From a virus: a stretch of DNA of 64,000 bases. The stretch is taken from the IMG/VR virus record IMGVR_UViG_3300030329_006476, positions 39,800 through 103,799 of that record; one strand, written 5' to 3'. Under the pieces are notes generated by a model. The model was given only the letters and a program-made list of their open reading frames with translations. It was not told where the DNA came from and made no database searches. Positions 1 to 10,323 of this stretch are shown piece by piece; positions within the stretch are counted from its first letter, which is position 1; every line of letters begins with the position of its first letter. The translations under genes were made by a program, and so were the position numbers.

Positions 1-951
1 CTTGTTTTCGATGTAGTTACGAATTGCCAAGGATGCCATATCCAACCCCCCGTCAAACGAACTATCGACAACATCCATGTCGGAGTCATCCGTCCAAAGA
101 TAGTCACGACCTTCATCCTCGTCATCCCAATCTTCACCTGCATCAACATCAGACCCATAGAGAGGCTTATTAGCTTCATAGACAGGCTTATTAATTTCGG
201 TGCGAGTATCGGTAATATCCGCAACTACGGTATACTTGCAGACCCTCAACTTTTGGAAATCGCAATCAGTTGGAACGGAAACCGCATCTTCAGGGTCAAA
301 TTCCACCACAAGCAAGCGTCCATCCTCTCCTGCCCAATTATTAGCGTAATCATAACTCCCAATATGGAGTCCATAGGAGCAATGATGGTCTCGATTGTCA
401 TCCACGCACTTGCGCTGAACCTCAATCACCTCTCCAACCCCATTAAAGATTTGATGGCGCTCGTTGGTCTTGCCCTGTACCACAAAAGTATCGGCATTGC
501 CCGTATGAGACCAGAAGTCGCCTTGAACCCCCTTGTATCCCAACACCTTACCTTCTGGAGTGTTGGGGAGAGACTTGTAGCTCAAGAACGAATACAATTC
601 ATTCACCGAATTAGCAGAGGGATTAGACTGCAAACGAGTAATGAAATTCACTAGAGGAGCAGAATCCTTCATTCCTGCACGAAGCATCTCCAATAGTTTA
701 TCAACTACAACTCCATGCAAACGATAGCCCTTGTAATAAACAATCTCGTTTTCAACCTTGATGTCGCCTTGGGCAAAATCTTCTACTGTCTTAACAATAT
801 CAAGATATTGAGGAATGTCTTCGTATCGTGCCTCAAAAATGGCATCTTTCAAAGGAGCAAAATTGGCGTTGCCTTCCCTGACGGAGTAAGGCTTGCCTTC
901 CCAGAAAACGGTGATGGAATCTTCGCTAAGTATATAAGGAACTTTATTCAT
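1..951 (-). CDS. rIIB: rIIB-like protein (3' end runs off the window)
   Basis: Not in the ORF track; translated by hand from ATG at 951: MNKVPYILSEDSITVFWEG...NPSANSVNELYSFL...GYKGVQ...CSYGLHIGSYDYA...DAVSVPTDCDFQKLRVCKY. These are typical rIIB motifs, and the gene follows rIIA. Confidence 0.9.
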   Translation of the reverse strand, partial: MNKVPYILSEDSITVFWEGKPYSVREGNANFAPLKDAIFEARYEDIPQYLDIVKTVEDFAQGDIKVENEIVYYKGYRLHGVVVDKLLEMLRAGMKDSAPLVNFITRLQSNPSANSVNELYSFLSYKSLPNTPEGKVLGYKGVQGDFWSHTGNADTFVVQGKTNERHQIFNGVGEVIEVQRKCVDDNRDHHCSYGLHIGSYDYANNWAGEDGRLLVVEFDPEDAVSVPTDCDFQKLRVCKYTVVADITDTRTEINKPVYEANKPLYGSDVDAGEDWDDEDEGRDYLWTDDSDMDVVDSSFDGGLDMASLAIRNYIENK

Positions 952-987
952 GGATTTAGTTGTTAGTTTGGTTCGATTTTTCAATGA

Positions 988-1026
988 TTATGTGATACAT
1001 TTTGCACATTTTTATAGGATAGTCAA
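988..1026 (-). promoter_or_regulatory. sigma70-like promoter of rIIB with a 12-bp motif shared with rIIA
   Basis: TTGACT-16-CAAAAT overlapping TGTATCACATAA. Confidence 0.5.
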
Positions 1027-1050
1027 GAAAAAAAGTGAGGGAAGGCAAAA

Positions 1051-3369
1051 TTATTCGCCTCCCCCCACCATATCACACAAGAAAATATAGTTGAGAATAT
1101 TCTTTCCAAGGTTGTCATCTCGTAGGGATTGCCAAGAGTAAATGTTCTTGGAAAGATTAGTTAAAAGAGGGTAGGAGTCGGCTACGGCATTACATTTCTG
1201 GTTGAAATCCTCCGTAGTGGAATTGAATGGGCAATGTTTCTGTACCCACTCAGAATCAGCGGACTCCATATACTTCAGGAGGCGCTGAAGAGGCACAAGG
1301 TTGTCCGTACCTTCCAGAGTCATCAGTTCAATATCGTGCATAAGGACTCTCCACGGATGCTTTCTATCCTTGATTTCCTTCTGGAGAAGCTTGCGAAAGT
1401 CACCATTGTCCAACAGAGACGAAAGCTTTTTGTAGGAGTCCATGCTGTAGCGACTCTCGTCAAAAGAAGCAAGCCTTTGAGCGTCAAGCACCTTATCCTT
1501 ATGCTCCAAAATAAAACCCTTGGCAAAGTTTTGCTTGTACTTCTGCCAAGAGACCCAACGAGACTTGGTAAGCTTTGAGCAGTCTTTTCGGCGCACACCT
1601 ATCACCAAGGGAGGATTAACCTCCTCATTTTCATCGGCGTTTAACCTTTTAAGTTTAAAAACTCCAGAAATATCTCGGCGCAAACTCTCTAATGAGATGC
1701 ACTCTTCCTGACCCGTTCCGAATTCATCCACTACCTTATAATTTGCCAAAGGTACATAAATCAATTCCCTGTCTCCACTTTCTAGGTCATCAATAGAGTC
1801 GGTGCAATTAAGCCAATAATCGGTATTGCGTCGATGGGTTCGCCCTTCAGAATCAAACTCAAAGAAAGGAACATCCCCCCGACTTTCTCCGCTTACTGCC
1901 CGTCCACGGGACTGCAATTTAGCCTTTTCAACATCAGAAAAGTAGACAAATCGCTCCTTTTTTATCTTGGAAAAACCCATGCCCCTATCGACATCATAAA
2001 CATACTCTTCTGCCCTGTCACCATCCCAAGAGACCAAATAAATAACCTCTAGCTTATCATTCTGACTAAAAAGAGTCCTTGCCCTTAAAGCGTTGCCATG
2101 AGTAGACTTCAAGTCCTGTATCGCCAAGACTGCATTAACTTGCGGATGAATGCGAGTTACGGCAGACGAAGTTACTTTGTATCCATCAGTAGCGTCAGCT
2201 TCGTCACTTTTACGATATTCTCGTATCGTTACCTCATCCTGCCACTTATAACTCCTGTTAATATCCGAATGACTGACCGAAACACCATCCCATTCAAAAG
2301 AGTCGCTAAAAATATCTCGCAAAGAATAAGGCAACGCATTGACAACCTGCGCATAGTAGATTTTAGCATCCCATAAATCTTCTGCACCAACTAATTTTTC
2401 CTTGGCAATTTCAGCAACATCGTCCTTTAGCTGAGAAAGGATTTCGATAATCTTTGCTTGGGTCTGAGCATTATACTCCAAAGATTCACGACTATGGTGC
2501 AACTTGAGTTCACCAATATCTACTCGCACATAAAGATTGGAATGACATGCCAGTTGGTGTAATTTATCCCCCTCTTCCACCCCATCAAAATTAATGGCAG
2601 TAGCATCCAAGGGATACTTTACCCTGCCCATTAGAACCGTAGGATGGGCATGAGTCCTCTCCCAACTAGGGCGCTCATCCTGCACCATAAACCATGAACC
2701 GTCTTTTGCTTCAATAACGGTTTCCAATTCGGGAAAGAAATTTTCCTCTTCTGTGAGACCAATAAAATGAGGCAACTCATCTTGAGAAAAGAAAGTGAAA
2801 AAATCACGCACTACACCCCTAAAAGTGTCAGTATCCGTATCGACAATCGCAACCTCTACGCATAATCCATCAGCTTCATCAGAAACTTCTGAATGCAGTT
2901 TGGCGATTTGGGTATCGTCATCCTCATTAACAAAAACATTGTAAGAGGATTTGGTTCCATTGTGATAAGAAACTACAGTAAAGTTATCTCCATAAGACAG
3001 AGGCGCAAATTTGCCGATACCAAAAGCGCCGATATAATTGTTACTACCTCGCTTAGTGGACTTGCCATACTTGGAATAAAGACCAAAAACATCTTCTTCG
3101 CTCAACCCTCCCCCAAAATCCCTAACGATAAATCGAGGATTAAGAGTGGAAGGAATAGTGACTTCGATAGGACGAGTCGAATTAGCCTCGGCATTAGCAT
3201 CCAAGGCATTAGCAACCACTTCCCTGACTACTGCCAGAGGAGGATTGGAATAATTGTTGCGCAAAAGAGATGCGACATAGCGCATGTCCTCGGCATCAAT
3301 CGTGCAATTTACGGAATCGAAGTCATGCGACTGCACAACCCTCTTGGACTTGTCTTGTGTGATAATCAT
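1051..3369 (-). CDS. rIIA: rIIA-like protein with N-terminal HSP90/GHKL ATPase domain
   Basis: YSNPPLAVVREVVANALDA, RDFGGGL, YGKSTK, GAFGIGK, SRESLEY; adjacent to rIIB. Confidence 0.9.
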   Translation of the reverse strand: MIITQDKSKRVVQSHDFDSVNCTIDAEDMRYVASLLRNNYSNPPLAVVREVVANALDANAEANSTRPIEVTIPSTLNPRFIVRDFGGGLSEEDVFGLYSKYGKSTKRGSNNYIGAFGIGKFAPLSYGDNFTVVSYHNGTKSSYNVFVNEDDDTQIAKLHSEVSDEADGLCVEVAIVDTDTDTFRGVVRDFFTFFSQDELPHFIGLTEEENFFPELETVIEAKDGSWFMVQDERPSWERTHAHPTVLMGRVKYPLDATAINFDGVEEGDKLHQLACHSNLYVRVDIGELKLHHSRESLEYNAQTQAKIIEILSQLKDDVAEIAKEKLVGAEDLWDAKIYYAQVVNALPYSLRDIFSDSFEWDGVSVSHSDINRSYKWQDEVTIREYRKSDEADATDGYKVTSSAVTRIHPQVNAVLAIQDLKSTHGNALRARTLFSQNDKLEVIYLVSWDGDRAEEYVYDVDRGMGFSKIKKERFVYFSDVEKAKLQSRGRAVSGESRGDVPFFEFDSEGRTHRRNTDYWLNCTDSIDDLESGDRELIYVPLANYKVVDEFGTGQEECISLESLRRDISGVFKLKRLNADENEEVNPPLVIGVRRKDCSKLTKSRWVSWQKYKQNFAKGFILEHKDKVLDAQRLASFDESRYSMDSYKKLSSLLDNGDFRKLLQKEIKDRKHPWRVLMHDIELMTLEGTDNLVPLQRLLKYMESADSEWVQKHCPFNSTTEDFNQKCNAVADSYPLLTNLSKNIYSWQSLRDDNLGKNILNYIFLCDMVGGGE

Positions 3370-3396
3370 TTTCTTGTGTGTTGGATTAACTGATTG

Positions 3397-3436
3397 TTAT
3401 GTGATACAGTCTGTCAGATTAGGAAAGTAATGTCAA
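3397..3436 (-). promoter_or_regulatory. sigma70-like promoter of rIIA
   Basis: TTGACA-17-CAGACT overlapping TGTATCACATAA. Confidence 0.55.
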
Positions 3437-3785
3437 CAGTTTTTTTTATTCTACGAGACAATTCCCCTCTCCTCCTAGTAAATATCGAGCTTGCATAAGG
3501 CAATTTATCTCATGTATGTAGCGTTCCTCGTTCTCTTGAGTGTCGATTGAGTAATTTTCAATCTCTTCAATTTTTTTGTCGATTAACTCTAGTAGTTCTT
3601 TCATGCTTTTGTCCTGTATTTACTTTCTTGAGCCTTTCTTACTTTTAAAGTGACCATCACATTAGGGTCAAAAAGAGATTGTGTCAAGCCCTTATTGCCA
3701 GTATGTGACATTTTTTTTGAAACCGTGTGAAGTTTCTCGCTTTCCTCTTTTGGGGTTACACCCTTAGTCGTTGCTTTCTTGCTCA

Positions 3786-3980
3786 TTATTTACTTCCCCC
3801 ATTTATTTGGACATTTTCTCTTTGTTGGGCATGATAAGCTACTTCAATTTCTTTTACAACTAAGTCATTGATGTTACTTAAATCCTCTATGTCTGTATTT
3901 AGCTTTGCATCCAATATTTGTGCAATTTCCTCGGTTATCTCGTAAAACTCACTCATGCTAATTATTCCTCTTAGATTCAT
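3786..3980 (-). CDS. hypothetical protein
   Basis: ORF downstream of a promoter and GGAGG. Confidence 0.55.
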   Translation of the reverse strand: MNLRGIISMSEFYEITEEIAQILDAKLNTDIEDLSNINDLVVKEIEVAYHAQQRENVQINGGSK

Positions 3981-3989
3981 TATGCCTCC

Positions 3990-4018
3990 ACATTAAACTA
4001 ACTTTTTCAACCTGTCAA
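3990..4018 (-). promoter_or_regulatory. sigma70-like promoter
   Basis: TTGACA-17-TAATGT. Confidence 0.6.
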
Positions 4019-4208
4019 GCACTTTTTCTTCCAAATCGTTAGCGCTTAATTCGCCAAACTCTTTTACTTCATCCAGAATACAGACCACTTTGGCGCAAAT
4101 AAACCTTTTGCCCGTTAAAAATCCTGCATCCCAATTATCCATGACGCAACCGTAGGAGGTGCGCTTATCATCTTCTTTATATGCTTCTACTATTTGGCTT
4201 GCATTCAT
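3993..4208 (-). CDS. hypothetical protein
   Basis: ORF with stop/start overlap with the upstream gene. Confidence 0.55.
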   Translation of the reverse strand: MNASQIVEAYKEDDKRTSYGCVMDNWDAGFLTGKRFICAKVVCILDEVKEFGELSANDLEEKVLDRLKKLV

Positions 4209-4471
4209 CAGAAGTTCGGCTTACTCATGTCCTTTACCAAGCTTTTCTGGCGCTTGGATTCCGATTTGTGGTCGCCATGAGTTTTAAGTCGATGTATGGC
4301 AACTTCTTCTTTAATCCTACCTGCAAGCACATCCGTCACCATCACGGTTACGGGACGATAAGTTAAACGATGGGGAAAGGTGCGATAAAGAAATTTATAA
4401 AACTTTCCACTAATTCTTCCTTGCTTTAATTTTTTGTGCAAGAATTCTCTGTATTTGCATTTAGTGTTCAT
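4208..4471 (-). CDS. hypothetical basic protein
   Basis: ORF in the co-oriented gene run. Confidence 0.5.
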   Translation of the reverse strand: MNTKCKYREFLHKKLKQGRISGKFYKFLYRTFPHRLTYRPVTVMVTDVLAGRIKEEVAIHRLKTHGDHKSESKRQKSLVKDMSKPNF

Positions 4472-4566
4472 TTAATCAGAGTCCACACTAGTGACAATTA
4501 AAAGAAAAAGCAAGACTAAAACGCACCCAATTAGAACATTTATGCCCTGAAATACTTCGGGGAAAT

Positions 4567-4755
4567 TCATTCAAAATCCTTTACGATAGTCTTGTCGAAC
4601 AATTTGTCGGAAAGATAGCGCAAGCGTCCTGCGATTATATTAAGCTCAACACTCGTAGTTTTAAAGGCGACATCAGAGTTGCATGGCGCTTTTCTAAGCA
4701 TCTTTAAGTGCGAGATTTGGTTATCCAACATACTGTATATTTCTTCTTGAGTCAT
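4567..4755 (-). CDS. hypothetical protein
   Basis: ORF in the co-oriented gene run. Confidence 0.5.
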   Translation of the reverse strand: MTQEEIYSMLDNQISHLKMLRKAPCNSDVAFKTTSVELNIIAGRLRYLSDKLFDKTIVKDFE

Positions 4756-4785
4756 CTCGTCATTTACTTAAAGGCGTTATATTCT

Positions 4786-5034
4786 TTATTTTCCAGATTT
4801 ATTTTCACGATTTGTGATTTTTTTAAATTTAGTGATGTCGCCACTCCACCAAGAAGGCACTTCTATAGCTTCACCCCCTCGGACTTTAATCAATTTTCTC
4901 GGCACATCATAAAAAGCATATTGTCTATTCTGCTGTTTTGCAGTCTCCTTTTGAAAGTAATAGGTTTTTGATGCAATAAAGTCCTCGTCCTTATCCAAGG
5001 AGACCAATTTATATTCATACAATTTCTTCTTCAT
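4786..5034 (-). CDS. hypothetical protein
   Basis: ORF with TATAGT just upstream of ATG. Confidence 0.55.
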   Translation of the reverse strand: MKKKLYEYKLVSLDKDEDFIASKTYYFQKETAKQQNRQYAFYDVPRKLIKVRGGEAIEVPSWWSGDITKFKKITNRENKSGK

Positions 5035-5090
5035 ATACTATAGAGGGGAGTTAGACTTATTTTTTCGGTTTTATTTTCAAGATTTGCGAT

Positions 5091-5387
5091 TTAATTCCAA
5101 TCGAAGTCTATTGAGTGAGCAAATGCCATTCTATCTTTCCAAGGTTTTCCGTATTCGTCTTGTTGAGTAGGGTCGGTAATCCTTACTATAATACTCATAC
5201 CTTCATGCAATTCCTCCCCATCGGTGGAGAATATACATTCTATATTTAAAGTGTCCGTATGTTCGATATGAACATCCTCCTTATAGTCAAGGAAGTGGAC
5301 AGGTACGGATAGACCATCTTCTACTAAATCATCTCTGATAGTCAAGTGACTACCATCATACTCCAATTCATTACATTTTACTTTCAT
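5091..5387 (-). CDS. hypothetical protein
   Basis: ORF in the co-oriented gene run. Confidence 0.6.
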   Translation of the reverse strand: MKVKCNELEYDGSHLTIRDDLVEDGLSVPVHFLDYKEDVHIEHTDTLNIECIFSTDGEELHEGMSIIVRITDPTQQDEYGKPWKDRMAFAHSIDFDWN

Positions 5388-5405
5388 GACTATTATCCAA
5401 CAAGA

Positions 5406-6014
5406 TTATACCGCAATTAACTCAAGGTCATCAACCGACTCACCAACTCCATTACGAAGAGGTACTACTTTCTCAACCAAAAATTTCCTAATAGCTTCAA
5501 GAATACTCACGACTTCCAAGAATTCACGATGAGACAAATCATGGTTAGCGCCTTGACCTGCATACGAAAAGCGATAACCTTCCCCCAACGGACAAGCATT
5601 GCCCACCGCAATCCTTGCCCAATCGCCACCATTAACCCTCTTCCATTCATAAGACTGGTGACGAGAGATTATATGAGTCAAAAGATACAAGGAGCCAAGG
5701 TTGTTACCTACACTATCTCGTCGCTCGGTAAGGTCGATAAAATCGACGCTTGCCCAAGGATAGTCGGTTTTCAAATCATTCAAGCGCACCATAACCCCTT
5801 TGCAATTGTTGGTGCTGTAATACCCACCATAACCTTTAATGGCAACACCCCCCGTTTCCTTGGCTAATAGGTCATCCCTCTCCCTTTTGGTTTTCCAAGA
5901 CATAAGGTTCTGGGGAGGCAATAGCTTTTTAGTAAGAGCATTGCGCTTAAATATAATACTATCTGGGCTGAAGTTAGTCCATTCAATGTTTTGGCTTGCG
6001 AAATAATTGTTCAT
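5406..6014 (-). CDS. hypothetical protein
   Basis: 202-aa ORF below a near-consensus promoter. Confidence 0.7.
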   Translation of the reverse strand: MNNYFASQNIEWTNFSPDSIIFKRNALTKKLLPPQNLMSWKTKRERDDLLAKETGGVAIKGYGGYYSTNNCKGVMVRLNDLKTDYPWASVDFIDLTERRDSVGNNLGSLYLLTHIISRHQSYEWKRVNGGDWARIAVGNACPLGEGYRFSYAGQGANHDLSHREFLEVVSILEAIRKFLVEKVVPLRNGVGESVDDLELIAV

Positions 6015-6046
6015 GGGTTCAAGTCCTTTCTGATTAATAAAGCCCC

Positions 6047-6075
6047 ACTATAAAGAGACTTAGGTGGGATGTCAA
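6047..6075 (-). promoter_or_regulatory. sigma70-like early promoter
   Basis: TTGACA-17-TATAGT. Confidence 0.75.
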
Positions 6076-6258
6076 GACTTTTTTAAATATCTTCTGGGAT
6101 AGGTACTCCAAAAGTGTTTTCCCAATCCTCACGAATTTCTATATCGGGCATATTCTCAAGTCCTTCAAACCCCTCAATCAACATATTTGTGAGGTCAAGA
6201 ATAGTCATATTCATTACCTCTAGTTGCGCCAATTCATAGCGCATATCGTCCATAGTTT

Positions 6259-6462
6259 TCATGTCTCTATTTCTCCATGTCTCCTTAATTCTTCAATATA
6301 ATCGTCAAAAAAAGCCAATGCAACTACATAGTCATCGCTCTCGGCGCAATGTCCATCGTTATCAAGCTGATTCATGTGCATTGCGCAACCCTCACGCACT
6401 TTCTGAAGTATATCGCCCAGAGGAATTGGGTCATGTTGCTCTATGGTGTCATATTCACCCAT
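6259..6462 (-). CDS. hypothetical protein
   Basis: ORF overlapping its neighbours. Confidence 0.55.
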   Translation of the reverse strand: MGEYDTIEQHDPIPLGDILQKVREGCAMHMNQLDNDGHCAESDDYVVALAFFDDYIEELRRHGEIET

Positions 6463-6778
6463 TATGTTCCTTTAAGTGTTCTTCTGATTTCTTTAGTCCT
6501 ACTGCAAAATCCCTAACTTCCCTCAAAGCATGACAGAACTCGTCAATCTTGTCAAGGGGAATGTCAAAATTCTTCCAATAACTCTCTCCATGAGAAGTGT
6601 GAGCAGTTACCTTTACTGACCCATCAACCTCCGACTCATTATATTTGCCTATATTAGTAATAGTGAAACCCCCAAGGCGAGCAGACTCCTTGCTCCCACT
6701 CCACCAAGTATATTTGGGTTGCTCGGATTTCTTTTTGCCTTCTGCCCACTTAACTTCTTTATACATTTTTGTATTCAT
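6455..6778 (-). CDS. hypothetical protein
   Basis: ORF in the co-oriented gene run. Confidence 0.6.
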   Translation of the reverse strand: MNTKMYKEVKWAEGKKKSEQPKYTWWSGSKESARLGGFTITNIGKYNESEVDGSVKVTAHTSHGESYWKNFDIPLDKIDEFCHALREVRDFAVGLKKSEEHLKEHNG

Positions 6779-6931
6779 GATTCTATTTCCTTTATTTCTA
6801 CAAAGATATGATAATCATCTTGGTCTCGGCTTATTTTAAGAGTAACTGATTTGTTGTAGTCCTTCCAGAGTAATTGCTTGACGAGAGTTGTAACATTATC
6901 GTCATGTAAGCCTCCCAAGACTACTCCCACC

Positions 6932-7132
6932 TTATGCTTCATCGCTCTGAGCTAAATACTCCTCGACTGCTTGGGAAATTTCTGCTTCAATTGTCTCGTC
7001 ATCCTCCTCGTTTAATTCCATGTCGTAAGCTGAGTCCATAAAGCGCTCTGCTTCTGGATGAGTCAAGCGCCCTTCGGCGACCAACTCGGTAAGATATATA
7101 TTTACTTCATTCATTTCCCACCATCTTTCCAT
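6932..7132 (-). CDS. hypothetical acidic protein
   Basis: very acidic ORF; true start may be the internal ATG (MNEVNI). Confidence 0.5.
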   Translation of the reverse strand: MERWWEMNEVNIYLTELVAEGRLTHPEAERFMDSAYDMELNEEDDETIEAEISQAVEEYLAQSDEA

Positions 7133-7278
7133 ACTTTGCCATCTTTGTCAAGCTCGGAACTCAAAATCATGACTTTCCTATAAAATGGATACAACCAACC
7201 AAAATGATTAAAGCGCAAAAACCAACTAACCAAATCTCCCACATGATAGAGGAGTCTACTTAGAAATGTTTTCATTAC

Positions 7279-7548
7279 TCATAATGTACTTCCATGCTCG
7301 TCATCACAAATAATTCTTCCACCCGTAGATTCGTATAACGCTTTGGAATCGCTCATAGGGACGAAAACTTTATTTAATAACATTTGTTTTTCTGATGATT
7401 TTATTTCATCTACATAACAGATATTAAAATCACAATCCATTAAAGTTTTGTATACATCTAATTCTCTAACTTTTTGTTCGGCTTCTTCTTCTGAATCAGC
7501 CTCGACTTCAAAACTATTAAAAATTTTTACTCCAACTTGGTATTTCAT
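7279..7548 (-). CDS. small phage protein, 'Y-x-V...V-x-A-x-S-x-E-E-A' (DpnD/PcfM-like) family
   Basis: MKYQVGVKIFNSFEVEADSEEEAEQKV. Confidence 0.65.
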   Translation of the reverse strand: MKYQVGVKIFNSFEVEADSEEEAEQKVRELDVYKTLMDCDFNICYVDEIKSSEKQMLLNKVFVPMSDSKALYESTGGRIICDDEHGSTL

Positions 7549-8024
7549 TGTTTGTCCTCTTTTCTCTCTGTGCGTATTATGTGATGCACTTCTTCCTCAA
7601 ATTCTTCAGTACAATACCATTCTACATGCGTAACCCCCTTGAGGGTATCGCAGTCATCGTCAAAAAAGGATTTAGTTATTCCAAGTGGAGGACTCCATGC
7701 CGTTCTAAAACAATACTCTACATGAGTGTCGGATTCATTGACAATTTCTGCATCCTGAGAGTTCCATTTAGTACCCCAATTATTTAAACTCCATACATAC
7801 CAATTATTAGGCTTGCCTTCTTTGATAACAAGGTCGCCATCGACCATCTCCATGTCATCGCTATTTACTCCACCCTTCGCTTGAAACTTCTTTGAGTTTT
7901 TGGGCATAGGTATAATTTTATTAAAATCAAAGACATTATCTTTGGATTTAAATTTCTTTTTAAGCTCGGAAATTTTTTCCTTAGAAGCTTCAATTCTAAA
8001 TGTATTAGTAACCCAGTTAGGCAT
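7545..8024 (-). CDS. DUF1281/YubB ferredoxin-like domain protein
   Basis: MPNWVTN...WYVWSLNNWGTKWN...FRTAWSPP. Confidence 0.8.
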   Translation of the reverse strand: MPNWVTNTFRIEASKEKISELKKKFKSKDNVFDFNKIIPMPKNSKKFQAKGGVNSDDMEMVDGDLVIKEGKPNNWYVWSLNNWGTKWNSQDAEIVNESDTHVEYCFRTAWSPPLGITKSFFDDDCDTLKGVTHVEWYCTEEFEEEVHHIIRTERKEDKQ

Positions 8025-8530
8025 TTTTTCTCTCCTTTTATTTATTATTGCGGATAATTATGATGATGTCTTAGCTCGTCTACTTTGTCAATCACTAAAT
8101 CAAAATTATTGCAGGTGCATTCTTGGGAATCGTCTGAATCCGCAGGACACACATGGAAATCTGCGTCACGCAAATCCCTTATTTGTTGCATTATTTGTTC
8201 TAAATAAGATTCAAAATCAGTCATTGTCTTTAACTTTCTTTAATATTACTGCCCATGCTTTCTCAAGCTCTTGTAGCGCTTCCTCGTTGTCTCTGCCCAC
8301 ACAATCCTCTGCATACCCCTCAAGGGCAATGTGGATAGTATCTAATGCTGATTCAATATTCATTTCTCGTACATATAAACATAGGATTCATCTAAGCCAA
8401 CAGACCTACAATACTTCACGCATTCTTTTTCTGTTTTGAATTTTAATATTTTATTGTTGTCATCCAAGAGATATTCATTTCCGTTTATACTCACTCCATT
8501 TATTGGTCTGGCTATTACATATTTCATTAT

Positions 8531-8878
8531 TTATGCCTCGTACATAAAAATAGGTTTATTTGGGTCATCCATTGGCTCAAATGTCCCTGCAATATTGTAA
8601 TCAAAATGGTCTACGGCATCTTCCCAAGTTGCTCCATCGCACTCCATAATCGTAGAAATTAGCTCTTCGTAAGAATAAATTGCCCTGCCACACAATGAGT
8701 AACCATGAATTGCATTGTCGTACATTTCTCTCGGCTCAAGTAGCATGGCATCGGGATTATATTCAGCTAGTGACTCGGTAAGCCATTCTAGGCGCTCTTT
8801 GCGCTTTACCCTAAGTTCGGCAATAATATCTTGCTCTTCGTTTTGATTCTCTATATCTTTTTCGCTCATGTGACTCAT
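8531..8878 (-). CDS. conserved phage hypothetical protein
   Basis: RAIYSYEEL...EDAVDHFDYNIAG...PIF, a pattern common in phage ORFs. Confidence 0.7.
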   Translation of the reverse strand: MSHMSEKDIENQNEEQDIIAELRVKRKERLEWLTESLAEYNPDAMLLEPREMYDNAIHGYSLCGRAIYSYEELISTIMECDGATWEDAVDHFDYNIAGTFEPMDDPNKPIFMYEA

Positions 8879-9156
8879 GTGGCAGTTTCCTCTTGGTGAA
8901 TTTCCTTTAATTTGTTATATTCTTCTTCTCCAATCATGAACTTGGCTACATCATGGTCAATGGAGGGAAGTTCTCCATCCACGAAACCGTCTGTATCGTG
9001 AATTGAAGCAATGAACCTATCATCCTCAACGACATAAGTCAAGGTAAATCTTATTCCTCTTTCGGAATTTTCTACGATGCTCTCAGAATAGTCTATGTAT
9101 TTGCCGTGAGGGTCTGTATGATAATAGCCAAGCAGTTTCATTTTAATTCCTCGCAA
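8875..9156 (-). CDS. hypothetical protein
   Basis: ORF coupled to neighbours; likely start at MKLLG (9141). Confidence 0.55.
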   Translation of the reverse strand: MRGIKMKLLGYYHTDPHGKYIDYSESIVENSERGIRFTLTYVVEDDRFIASIHDTDGFVDGELPSIDHDVAKFMIGEEEYNKLKEIHQEETAT

Positions 9157-9359
9157 CTTAATGTTGTTCTATCTCCATGCGTATGCCTAGTATGATATTT
9201 AGATAAATCTTTTTTGTCTTCTGGAATTGGATAAAAGAGTCTATCGCATCCATATTCAGCCAACAACTCTTCCACAAGATTTTCTGCTTGGTTAGCATCT
9301 TTAGCTTCAACATCAATGTATCCGCTGAGTTCTTCCCATATTCCTACTCTATATTTCAT
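9138..9359 (-). CDS. small phage protein, DpnD/PcfM-like family
   Basis: MKYRVGIWEELSGYIDVEAKDANQAENLV. Confidence 0.6.
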   Translation of the reverse strand: MKYRVGIWEELSGYIDVEAKDANQAENLVEELLAEYGCDRLFYPIPEDKKDLSKYHTRHTHGDRTTLSCEELK

Positions 9360-9838
9360 GTTATATCTCCTAGTACCTTTAAAGGATTATCGAGGGTTTG
9401 GGAAATGTGGGAGTCTATTTCCTCCTCAAGACGACGAAGGCATTTTTTAGCTACATTACAGTTATTTAAGGGGGGCAAGTGTTCTTTTATTAAGTCTACC
9501 TCAAGCGAGCGGATTTCTGCAAGGGGATGCTCGCTAAAATAAATTTTATCAAAAACCTTATCCTTCTTATGGAGAGCTTTCCTTGAATGAAAATTTGTAT
9601 CCGTATTAGCCTTTCCGATATACTCTATGCTCATATAATGATTATCAATTATTTTTACCAAAAAATAAACTATACCTAGAAGTGGCGACATGGGGTGTAC
9701 GCCATATTCCTTTAACTCACCTTCTTCAGGCTTGCCCAAAAGCAGAAAATTCGTAAAGCGGGGGATGTAACGGCTTCGTTTAAGTGACAACGCCCGACTC
9801 AACATTTCTTGTCTGAACTCTTCTACATATTTTTTCAT
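9356..9838 (-). CDS. GIY-YIG nuclease domain protein
   Basis: GIVYFL...EYIGKA...NFHSRKALH...LEVDLIKEHLPPLN. Confidence 0.7.
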   Translation of the reverse strand: MKKYVEEFRQEMLSRALSLKRSRYIPRFTNFLLLGKPEEGELKEYGVHPMSPLLGIVYFLVKIIDNHYMSIEYIGKANTDTNFHSRKALHKKDKVFDKIYFSEHPLAEIRSLEVDLIKEHLPPLNNCNVAKKCLRRLEEEIDSHISQTLDNPLKVLGDIT

Positions 9839-10023
9839 TATTGCTCCTTGTCTGACTCGACGGTTATTATTGATACTTCAGCATTTTCCTTCCAAGCTGT
9901 ACTGGTTTCTGCATCGGCGTCCAATACTTTATAGGCGAACCTTTCCGCTTGCTTCTTGCTAACGGCATTAACTTCATAAACTCGGTAGGTAGTGGACTTA
10001 AATTCTACGGCATATTTTTTCAT
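9838..10023 (-). CDS. small phage protein, DpnD/PcfM-like family
   Basis: MKKYAVEFKSTTYRVYEVNAVSKKQAERFA. Confidence 0.6.
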   Translation of the reverse strand: MKKYAVEFKSTTYRVYEVNAVSKKQAERFAYKVLDADAETSTAWKENAEVSIITVESDKEQ

Positions 10024-10289
10024 GTTAATTCTTCTATAAAATCTAAAACCTTCTTGTATTTCTTATGCACCAACCTTAACTTAACTTCCTTGGCTTTGTC
10101 AAGGTTTTTCGTCTTGTAATAAACGCATTGAGAAGAGGGGAGGTCGGGAGTCATTAATATTTGATAATATTTGTGACCATTCTTCATCCCGTAACTGGAA
10201 TAAGGAATCACCTCTTTCTTCTGGTTAGGAAGAAGTAACGCATAACTGCCTCCCTTTAATTTATTCCAACCAACCTCTAGTTCGCTCAT
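10020..10289 (-). CDS. hypothetical protein
   Basis: Start moved to ATG 10289, just below promoter TTGACA-17-CATAGT (10299-10327). Confidence 0.55.
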   Translation of the reverse strand: MSELEVGWNKLKGGSYALLLPNQKKEVIPYSSYGMKNGHKYYQILMTPDLPSSQCVYYKTKNLDKAKEVKLRLVHKKYKKVLDFIEELT

Positions 10290-10323
10290 CGTCCCCCCAC
10301 TATGACAGAAGAACGAAAAACTG

